A DNA stretch of 64,000 bases from Cyanobacteria bacterium J06626_4. GTDB taxonomy: Bacteria; Cyanobacteriota; Cyanobacteriia; Phormidesmidales; Phormidesmidaceae. The notes beneath the pieces are model-generated. The model was given only the letters and a program-made list of their open reading frames with translations. It did no database searches and was not told the DNA's origin. Both the position numbers and the translations under genes were made by a program. Below are positions 19,886 through 28,900 of this stretch, one piece after another. The stretch spans positions 1 through 64,000 of the forward strand of contig JBCBJQ010000024.1 in NCBI GenBank assembly GCA_038523235.1, in the 5' to 3' direction. Within the stretch, counting starts at the first letter, position 1; every line of letters begins with the position of its first letter.

Positions 19886-20869
19886 ATGGCATTGATTCAG
19901 AAAGTTCCGGTGACAGTGCTAACCGGATATTTAGGGGCGGGCAAAACCACGTTGCTCAACCGCATCTTGACGGAAAACCACGGCCAGCGCGTGGCTGTTA
20001 TTGTCAATGAATTCGGTGAGGTTGGGATTGATCATCAACTGGTGATTGATGCCGATGAAGAGATTTTTGAGATGAACAACGGCTGCATCTGCTGCACCGT
20101 TCGCGGCGATCTAATTCGCATTATTGGCAATCTCATGGCCCAGGCAGAACCCTTTGATCATCTCGTGATTGAAACTACGGGCTTGGCCGATCCGGCGCCG
20201 GTAATCCAGTCCTTTTTTACTGACGAAGTGATGGCTCGGCAAACGCAGCTCGATGCGGTAGTGACGGTGGTAGATGCCAAACATGTGGCAGCCCATTGGG
20301 ATAGCCACGAGGTGCAGGAACAAGTCGCCTTTGCCGATGTGCTGTTGCTCAACAAGACGGATCTGATCGCTCCCGAACAGTTGCAGGCTTTGGAAGCCAA
20401 GGTGCGGGGCATCAACGCGATCGCCACTATCTATTCCACTCAAAACTGTGCGATCGATCTGGATAAACTCCTAGGTGTAAAGGCCTTCGATCTGAAGAAT
20501 GCGCTGAGCATTGATCCTGAATTTTTAGAAGAAGACGCCCACGAGCATGATGACTCGGTGTATTCCGTCGCGATTACCGCCACCGGCACCGTGGACAGTG
20601 ACCAACTCAATCGCTGGCTCTATCAACTGGTGCAAGCCAAGGGTGCCGACATCTTTCGCATGAAAGGCATCTTGGATGTCGATCAGGCCGAGCGGCGTTT
20701 TGTGTTTCAGGGCGTTCACATGACCTTGGATGGTCGCCCCGGCAAACCCTGGCTGCCCGGTGAGCAGCGCCGCAGTGAGCTGGTTTTCATTGGCCGCAAT
20801 CTGGACGAAGACGAGCTGCGGCAAGGCTTCCAGAGTTGTTTAGTCCCAGCGTATGCCAACGTGACCTGA
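19886..20869 (+). CDS. COG0523/CobW family metallochaperone GTPase
   Basis: [34 protein letters not shown]-terminal FRMKG..FQGVH..LVFIG. Confidence 0.95.
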   Translation: MALIQKVPVTVLTGYLGAGKTTLLNRILTENHGQRVAVIVNEFGEVGIDHQLVIDADEEIFEMNNGCICCTVRGDLIRIIGNLMAQAEPFDHLVIETTGLADPAPVIQSFFTDEVMARQTQLDAVVTVVDAKHVAAHWDSHEVQEQVAFADVLLLNKTDLIAPEQLQALEAKVRGINAIATIYSTQNCAIDLDKLLGVKAFDLKNALSIDPEFLEEDAHEHDDSVYSVAITATGTVDSDQLNRWLYQLVQAKGADIFRMKGILDVDQAERRFVFQGVHMTLDGRPGKPWLPGEQRRSELVFIGRNLDEDELRQGFQSCLVPAYANVT

Positions 20870-20918
20870 CCCGTTGCTTTTGTGCCTTGATTGACTTTGT
20901 TAAGAGTGACCTAATCTG

Positions 20919-21674
20919 ATGAAACTACAGCACTATCTCGGGGGTTTAGAAAACCTCGACCCCGTGAATTTTGAAACCCAGGTGTTTGTCGAACCGTGGG
21001 AAGAGCGCATTTTTGGCATTCATACCGCCATGATGGCACTGAGCAATCACTTGGTGGAATCGATTCCCGATTATGAAATCGAGCAGGTGCCAACTCAGTT
21101 CAAAAGTTTTTGGACCTGGGGCCATTTGCGCATGGGTGCCGAAGGCATGCATCCGTTTGACTATTTTCGGCTGCGCTACTACGAAAAGTGGTTAGGGGGC
21201 ATCTCCGGCTTCTTTGTGGAGGAAGGTTACATTACCCAGGCAGAACTGGACCAGCGCACCGCTGAGATTTTGGCCGATGAGGCCAAGGCTCAAGCGCCTT
21301 TGCCCAGCGGCGGTGACGCGGCCATTGATGAGCAAGTAGTGAAGTACTTGATCGAGGGCGATTCGCCGATGCGACCCCTGCCAGCTGTGCCCATGTTTAG
21401 CGTGGGCGATCGCGTGCGGGTCAAAAATCTGGTCTCAGCGGACCATACACGCTTGCCCGGTCACATTCGTGGCCTCGTGGCAGAAATCGTCAAAGTCTAT
21501 GACGAGGCCTACACCTACTTTTTCAAGACCACGGATGGTATCGGCACGCCGATGCCGATTTACAGCATCGCCATCAAGGCCACCGACATCTGGGAAACCT
21601 CCCTGGCGGATGACAATTCGGTCTATTACAACGACATTTTTGAAGTGTATTTGGAGTATTTGGAAGAAGGTTAA
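20919..21674 (+). CDS. nthB: nitrile hydratase beta subunit, copy 2 (divergent, intact)
   Basis: HYLGG, VFVEPWE, LRMGAEGM..YF...YYEKWL, FSVGDRVRV, HTRLPGH, DIFEVYLE. Confidence 0.9.
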   Translation: MKLQHYLGGLENLDPVNFETQVFVEPWEERIFGIHTAMMALSNHLVESIPDYEIEQVPTQFKSFWTWGHLRMGAEGMHPFDYFRLRYYEKWLGGISGFFVEEGYITQAELDQRTAEILADEAKAQAPLPSGGDAAIDEQVVKYLIEGDSPMRPLPAVPMFSVGDRVRVKNLVSADHTRLPGHIRGLVAEIVKVYDEAYTYFFKTTDGIGTPMPIYSIAIKATDIWETSLADDNSVYYNDIFEVYLEYLEEG

Positions 21675-21815
21675 AAGTGAACTGATTCACCCCAGAACGG
21701 GTTGGTTAGCCCATGTCATTGCTGCGAGTCCATCGTTTGCCCGGTGATATCAATCCGCCAAAATTCAGCCTTTCTGACCAACTACCCCCTTTGAACCTGA
21801 CGCCGAGAGGAGCGT

Positions 21816-22442
21816 GTGATGCCCAGTAACTATCCAGGATTTGGATATTCCGCCGACCGAGAAACCGTGAGTGCTGCCAAGGTCAAAGCCCTAGAATCGC
21901 TACTGATTGAGAAGGGCGTGATCACCAGCAATACGGTCGATACCGTACTCAGCCATTTTGAGACCAAAATGGGGCCGTTTAACGGGGCCAAGTTAGTCGC
22001 GCGCGCTTGGGTCGACCCGGAGTTTAAAGATCTGCTGGTGGCTGACTGTAATGCCGCCTGTCAGCAAATGGATTTTCCTGACGGCATGTCTGGGGCCGAG
22101 GGCGAGCATATGCGAGTCGCCGAAAACACGCCTGAAGTCCATAACGTTATTGTCTGTACCCTGTGCTCTTGCTATCCCTGGCCCACCCTTGGACTGCCCC
22201 CTTACTGGTACAAAGACCCGACGTTTCGGGCGCGGGTCACCCGGGAGCCGCGCGTCGTTCTATCAGAGTTTGGGGTAGAGCTGGATGATTCGGTCGAGGT
22301 GCGCCTGTGGGATACCAGCGGCCAGATTCGCTGGTGGGTGCTGCCCCTGCGGCCGCCGGGAACCGAAGGCATGAGTGAGGAAGAACTCGCCGCTCTGCTC
22401 ACGCCGGAAGCCATGATGGGTGTGGCCACGGTGAAGGTTTAA
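21816..22442 (+). CDS. nthA: nitrile hydratase alpha subunit (cobalt-type), copy 2
   Basis: [49 protein letters not shown]. Confidence 0.97.
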   Translation: MMPSNYPGFGYSADRETVSAAKVKALESLLIEKGVITSNTVDTVLSHFETKMGPFNGAKLVARAWVDPEFKDLLVADCNAACQQMDFPDGMSGAEGEHMRVAENTPEVHNVIVCTLCSCYPWPTLGLPPYWYKDPTFRARVTREPRVVLSEFGVELDDSVEVRLWDTSGQIRWWVLPLRPPGTEGMSEEELAALLTPEAMMGVATVKV

Positions 22443-22548
22443 ACCGGCCCCACCTCGATCAGCAGCGGGGATGTCTGCTCAACGCGTCTTTCATCCCTCG
22501 GCAGCAGACCCACTCCATGCCGCTAAATCATTGCCAAAGTGACTGTGT

Positions 22549-22902
22549 ATGTTTACTAAATTTGAGCATTTTGCTGCCACCAGCCTCATGGGCTCGCCCG
22601 AAGAAGCGCCCCCTCGCCAGGACGGCCATCTTCAGTTCGATCGCGAGTGGGAAAAGCTCGCCTTTGGGGTGGCGATCGCCCTGTCTAAGCAAGGCTATTT
22701 TGAATGGGAAGAATTTCGGCAAACGCTGATCGCCACCATCGCTGAGTGGGAAGCCACCCACGAGCTGGATGACCCTGAGTGGGACTATTACCAGTGCTGG
22801 CTGGCTGCCCTTGAAAAGGTAGTCGTTGAGGCTGGGGTCGTGGGGTCCGAAGAATGGCAAACCCTGATAGCTCAACTGCTGGATTGCAAAACCGCAACCT
22901 GA
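22549..22902 (+). CDS. nitrile hydratase accessory protein (P14K/NhlE-like), copy 2
   Basis: PPRQDG.L.F..EWE..AFG, FEWEEFRQ.LI..I..WE, YYQCWLAALE. Confidence 0.92.
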   Translation: MFTKFEHFAATSLMGSPEEAPPRQDGHLQFDREWEKLAFGVAIALSKQGYFEWEEFRQTLIATIAEWEATHELDDPEWDYYQCWLAALEKVVVEAGVVGSEEWQTLIAQLLDCKTAT

Positions 22903-23387
22903 CCGTTGTTGCACTCCTGCTAGACAATTTACTTAAGCTGCGGTTTCCCCTTTCGTTAGCGCATAAAGGGTTTAGTTCTTTCTGACTACTTCTTTAGAGC
23001 TTACGCGGATCTTTTCCACGGTTATGCTTACAGCGAAGCGATTGTCGGAGCCGAGATGACGCCAAAGCTGTCTTGCCTACTGGGCTTCACCACTATTCAA
23101 GGGGACATATTGTAACGGCCCTCTGCGTTTTGCGCGATGGGCACAACGTTATGATTCAGAGAACCGAGATCGCGCTACATGCCGGTCTTCTGAGGCCCAA
23201 AATTAATCTTTATAAAGAGAGTCATCCATTTGCCGCATCTCAGAGTCTTTTATCTGAGATGCCTTTGAGTGCAGGTCTCCCCTTCTCATTTGAGAAATTC
23301 AGTAACCTGAATCGCGCAAACCCACGACACTCTCAAGGGATCAGATGATTTGGCTGGAATTAATTGGGTACTTGGAGGCAGAATGGC

Positions 23388-24230
23388 ATGCGTCGAACGC
23401 AATTGTTCGTATCAAGAGGGTTGCTGGGACTATGGATTGCCTTGTTTGGCGCTTTGCTATTCCTATTGGTATTCGAGGCTAGAGGCGGCGGTGTAGAGGT
23501 TCCTTTTGCAGGAATTTCGATTAAGACTGACTCCAATTCCGTTGTTCACTTACCCAATCGCATTTTTACCTGTACAGAAACGGAGCAGCGGCCTCAGTGC
23601 CAGGCCGACATTGAAGGCCATCTGTTAGTCATTGCTTTAGCGCCATCATCTAAAGCTGATCTCAGTCTTTGTCAGGCTCGATACGATGGCAATCCTTTAG
23701 TTTGTCTCGGTGGGAGCTTGGATTATGCTCCCATGCTTTCAGAATCGTTTGAAATTACCGGCTTAGAACTGACCGCACAACAGTTGAATGCCCTACAGCA
23801 AAAATACTGGGGCACTAACAAACTTTTGGCGCTTGGTGACTCGACACTGATCCAAATCAGTCTATGGTTCTCGATCGCGATAGGGGTAATTGCGGCCTGC
23901 TTTGCCTGGCTCTATCCCAGTCGATTGAGCAAAGGCTTTGCCGTAGTGGCCGGGGGATTTATGACGTATCAGTTGGTTTGGTTGGCCTTGGCAAGTGTGA
24001 AGTACGCCGTGATTCCCCATAGACTGACCGTTGATACTTGGAATCGGGTCGTTGATAGTGGGCCAATCGCGGCAGGCGTCTTAGTCATGGTGATCGTCGC
24101 TCTGCTGCTTCGGCATCGAACCAATCAAGTAGCCAAGACCCTGATGACCCTCAGCAACGGGGTCGGGGGCGCATGGATAGCCGGAAATATTCTGGTGGTC
24201 CTGCTCTTGAGGTCGGGGTTTGTGGATTAA
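23388..24230 (+). CDS. hypothetical membrane protein
   Basis: N-terminal TM helix, Cys-containing soluble region, about four C-terminal TM helices. Confidence 0.6.
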   Translation: MRRTQLFVSRGLLGLWIALFGALLFLLVFEARGGGVEVPFAGISIKTDSNSVVHLPNRIFTCTETEQRPQCQADIEGHLLVIALAPSSKADLSLCQARYDGNPLVCLGGSLDYAPMLSESFEITGLELTAQQLNALQQKYWGTNKLLALGDSTLIQISLWFSIAIGVIAACFAWLYPSRLSKGFAVVAGGFMTYQLVWLALASVKYAVIPHRLTVDTWNRVVDSGPIAAGVLVMVIVALLLRHRTNQVAKTLMTLSNGVGGAWIAGNILVVLLLRSGFVD

Positions 24231-24615
24231 GTATCGTGGCTGAGTGAGTTTAGCTTGGATGAGGTTGATCAAACCAGTAGGTTCAACGAGTTGGCTCACC
24301 CGTTGAGGTGCCGTCGGGCCGACAATGAGTGGCGATATGAGATCACCGTCTCTCACCTCAGACCGTAGAGTTCATGGGCCTCCGACTGCATTTGCGGCCA
24401 TCACCCCACTGTCGGCTTGCAACAGGCCCAACTGGTGTGAGGAACTTATTCAGAAATAACCGGTTCAGGTATTGAAGGCATTAAAAGTGAGCCGGATGTT
24501 GCCCCTTGTGTTGAGACTCGTTGTAAATCTCTAATAACCCTTTAGAGCAACTTTTCTTGGCATTTTACAATGTCAGCATTCCTACCCTCATCAGGCAGCA
24601 TTTACGAGAAGAACC

Positions 24616-25902
24616 ATGCCCCTAGATCTTGATCGGTTCTGGAAAGCGCTTAATCCATCAAAACCCCTCAATATTGCCCATGCTGAAGATGTCAAATACT
24701 ACATTGACTTCTCCGATGTGCGCGGCGGCAATGTTACTCGCCAACTTGCCCGTACCATTGAGCGGTTGAAAGATAGTCCCACCTGTCAGCTGTTTACTGG
24801 ACATATCGGTTGCGGTAAATCAACTGAGTTGTTGTGTCTCCAAACACACCTGACAAAAGCCGGATTTCACGTCGTTTTTTTTGAGTCCAGTGATGAAATG
24901 GATCTCAACGATGTGGATGTGACTGATATTCTGATGGCGATCGCCCGGCAGGTGAGTGCCAGTCTGGAAGCCATCAATATTTGTCTCAAGCCCAACTATT
25001 TCGTCTCACTGTTTCGCGAAGTGAGTGAAATTTTAAGAACGCCCATCGAAATTAGCAACGTGCAGTTTTCGGCAGGGCTGGCCAGCGTCACCGCCAGCAC
25101 TAAAGACAGTCCGGAGCTGCGACGGCAGATGCGGCAGATTATGGAGCCGCGCACCAACAACATTCTGGAGTCAATCAATCAGGAACTGCTCGCCCCCGCC
25201 GATGCCGCTTTGAAAAAGAAGGGCTACAAGGGGCTTGTCGTGCTGATTGATAATCTGGATCGGCTCGATAATGCCGAAAAAGCTGGCAAACCTCAGCCCG
25301 CTTATCTGTTTGTCGATCGCGGGGAACAACTGCGACGACTCAACTGTCACGTGGTCTACACCATTCCCATCGTGTTGGTGTTTTCGAATGAAGCCAACCC
25401 CCTGGCCAACCGATTTGGCATCGATCCGCAAGTACTGCCGATGGTGATTACGCGCTATGCCGATGAGGCCCTCTGTGAAGCCGGGCTGGAGCTGCTGCGG
25501 CAGCTCATTCTGGCGCGCGCGTTTCCCGAAACCCTGCCCAGCGATCGCCTAGAGCGCGTTGGGGAGATCTTTGAAGACCTAGCGACGCTTGATCTTCTCT
25601 GTATGGCTAGCGGTGGGCATGTGCGAAATTTGCTCAAGCTAGGATTTAGCTGCCTGCAGCGCATGGATCCGCCGTTTTCCCGCGAGTGTGTTGAGCGCGT
25701 GGTTCGACAGCGCCGCAACGAACTCTTACGCGCCATTACCCCAGATGAAATGGCGCTGTTGCAACAGGTCAAGCGCGAGAAGAAAGCGCGCGGCGAGACC
25801 AGTTACGAAGTGCTGCTCAAGAGCATGTTCGTGTTTGAATACCGCAGTGACGACTATGGTCACTGGTTTGACGTCAACCCCATTCTTTATGACGATCTCT
25901 AA
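24616..25902 (+). CDS. P-loop ATPase (cyanobacterial AAA/KAP-like family)
   Basis: Walker A GHIGCGKST, Walker B LIDNLDR, SGGHVRNL, C-terminal WFDVNP. Confidence 0.88.
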   Translation: MPLDLDRFWKALNPSKPLNIAHAEDVKYYIDFSDVRGGNVTRQLARTIERLKDSPTCQLFTGHIGCGKSTELLCLQTHLTKAGFHVVFFESSDEMDLNDVDVTDILMAIARQVSASLEAINICLKPNYFVSLFREVSEILRTPIEISNVQFSAGLASVTASTKDSPELRRQMRQIMEPRTNNILESINQELLAPADAALKKKGYKGLVVLIDNLDRLDNAEKAGKPQPAYLFVDRGEQLRRLNCHVVYTIPIVLVFSNEANPLANRFGIDPQVLPMVITRYADEALCEAGLELLRQLILARAFPETLPSDRLERVGEIFEDLATLDLLCMASGGHVRNLLKLGFSCLQRMDPPFSRECVERVVRQRRNELLRAITPDEMALLQQVKREKKARGETSYEVLLKSMFVFEYRSDDYGHWFDVNPILYDDL

Positions 25903-28900
25903 AGTCTCCGCGCTCTCATCCTCTAATCAAGATGCGTTGCGATCGCTGATTCGCTCGATTGAGCGATCGCAGGGCACGTTTTCGCTGATTTTGGCTCGCT
26001 GCAACTATCGGATGCTGCGCGATCGCGTCCGGACGGCGCTCACGCAACAGCTGCAAGTCCCCTTTCAGGAAGTCAATCTGACGCCTCAATCTTCAACCCT
26101 GTACACCGCTATCTGTCACACTGTGGGCGATGAGCCGCCCACCGCCATCCTGGTCAACGGACTGGAGATAGTTGCCGATCTCGATACTTTTCTCAGAGTC
26201 GCCAATCAAAGCCGAGAAGAGTTTCGCAACAACCTGGCCTGTCCGTTGGTGATTTGGGTGACAGATAGTCTGCTCAATCGGCTCATCCGCGACGCGACCG
26301 ATTTTGAAAACTGGGCCTCAGTCACCCTCGAGTTTGAAACCGACCTGTCGGAACTAACCCAGTTCGTTGAGCAAACAGCCGACACGATTTTCGAACAGCT
26401 CCTGAACTCCCGCGAAAACATTTTCCTCGACAATCAGGCGCTCGACCTTGATCAAACATCTCCTCTGCGGGCCGAACTGCGCACGGCTTGCGAAGAGATT
26501 CATCAATATCTCGATCCCCTGCCGTCGGCGGTTGAAGCCAGCAGCCAATTTATTCTCGGTCGCGTCGCCGACAACAATACTGCAATGGCCCGGCAGCACT
26601 ACGAACGCAGCCTCGAACTCTGGCAACAAGTGGGCCATCAAGATCGCTATGGCCATGTCCAGTTTTATTTGGGCTTGTGGTGGGGCAATTATGCGGTGCG
26701 CCACCTGCAGGATCGTCCGGCGGGATTGCAAAAGTCGCGGACCTGGCTAGAGGCGGCGATTCAGACCTTTGAAGCGATTGGGCAGCACCATCGGGTAGCT
26801 CAATTCATTAATTATTTGGGCGAGGTGCTGCATCGCCAAGCAGACTGGCTCGCGCTGGATGAGTTAGCCCACAAGGCCTTTACCCTGCATCAGCGCTTTT
26901 GTGATTACTTTCGTCAGGCCAAGGCGCTCGGGTTTATGGCGGCGGTGGCGATCGCCCATCAAAAATGGATGCAGGCCGAATATCATGCCAACTTGGCCCT
27001 CAGCACTTGGCAGCAGGCGGCCGATCTAATCGTTGCCGAGGGTGATCGCGCTGCCCTACTCAATTGGGAACGCAAGTTTCATCGTCCCTGGTATCTCTAT
27101 TTTTTAGGCAAAGCCCAACGCCACAGTCAAAATTTTGCCCCTGCTACCCAAAACCTGGAAGAGGCGCGTCAAACTGCTCGACCTAGCTACGATCCCGACC
27201 TCTATACCTACATCCTGAATGAGCTGCGAGAGGTCTACTTCACTCAAAAAGACTATCTCAAGGCCTATGAAACCCGTCAGTTCCGGCGAGAAATTCAGAG
27301 TCAATTCAATTTGCGGCCCTTTGTCGGTCCCGGTCGATTGCAGGCCAGCCAAGAAGTCACGAATCCTTCTTTGCCCCAACCCCAAAGCCGCGATCATATC
27401 GCCCCAGAAATTGCCACCTCGGCCCGCTATCAAGACATCACGGCCCTGCTGCAGCGGATTGAACGCAAAGACTTTCGCCTCAGCGTGGTTTATGGCCCCT
27501 CGGGCGTGGGCAAAAGCTCTATTCTCCAGGCCGGATTGTTGCCAGCCCTGAAGCAGCGTACCTTTGATGGGCGACCAGTGATTGCGGTGCTGCAACAGGT
27601 TTATCAAAACTGGGTGCCGGAACTCGGCCATCAGCTTGCCCAGGCCTGTCAGGACATTTACCCTGATGCGACACCGATGCCGACTTTTGACTCCCTAGAC
27701 GCGATCTTGCAGCAACTGCAAGAAAACGAAAAACAGTACTTCAAAACGGTGCTGATTTTCGATCAGTTTGAAGAGTTCTTTTTCGCTAATTCCAATGTTG
27801 ATGAGCGCTATCGATTTTATGATTTCGCTGTGAACTGTCTCAAAATCTTGGATGTTGAAATCATTCTTTCTATGAAAGAAGATTATCTACATTATCTATT
27901 GGTCTGTAACCGACTGACCGATTTGGAGATTATTGGCAACAATATCCTCGACAAAAAAATCCTCTATTACATTGGCAATTTTACCCAAGAAGAAACCTAC
28001 AATATCGTTAAAAATCGCATCCAACATACTCGCATAAAATTTGACGATGATTTGATTGATCAGATGGTGAAAGATCTGGCCGATCAGTTTGATCAGGTGC
28101 GCCCTATTGAACTGCAAATTGTCGGCGCTCAGCTGCAAACGGAGGAAATTACGACGTTAGCTCGGTACCAGGAACTCGCCCAAAATGGTTGCCAACCCAA
28201 AGAAGAGTTGGTCAATCGGTACCTGGAAAATGTGGTGGAAGATTGCGGGGCCGAAAATCAAGATCTAGCTGAAATTATTCTCTACCTGCTCACCAGCAAG
28301 GAAGGCACTCGTCCGGTCAAGACCAAGTCGGAACTGATGCAGGAAAAGCTGTATGAGGCTTTGTCTAGCAACCCTCAACAAATCGATCTCATTCTGGGGA
28401 TTTTTGTTCGAGCGGGGCTAGTGCTGTTGGTACCCTCAGCCCCGGTAGACTCCTACCAGCTGGTGCATGATTATCTCGTTAACTTAATTCGAGAAAAGGT
28501 TGAGACCAAACACCAAGAAAAAATTACCGACTTGATGAAACAAGTGCGGGGCTTAGACAAAATTGTTCGCTTATTGGCAGTGCTACTCATTTCTATCGTC
28601 TCAGTGGGATGCGTGCTGTATCTGCTCTATCGCAACAACAAATTGCTGTATCAAGTCACTCAATTAGAGCGCGACTCTATTGAGAATCAAAGCAAGTTTG
28701 ATGGCTATCAGCTGAATAGCTTGGAATCTGCCGTGCGCGTGGCCGATCGCTTTAGTGAGCGATCGGTGCTCGAAAAGCGCACCACCCTACCCATTCATAC
28801 CCTGCAATCGATTCTGGATAATATTTCAGAAAAACGCTGGGTCGATACTCAGCAAGTGCAAATATTCGCCGCTGATGTACACGCCGAAAAACAGTTGGTT

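Noticed and set aside
22903..23387. Long intergenic stretch with a 91-aa ORF
   Set aside because: No RBS, motif or RNA structure that I could support
25688..25888. N-terminal extension of the 1787-aa ORF
   Set aside because: Overlaps the ATPase gene; ATG 25889 at the stop overlap is the more plausible start
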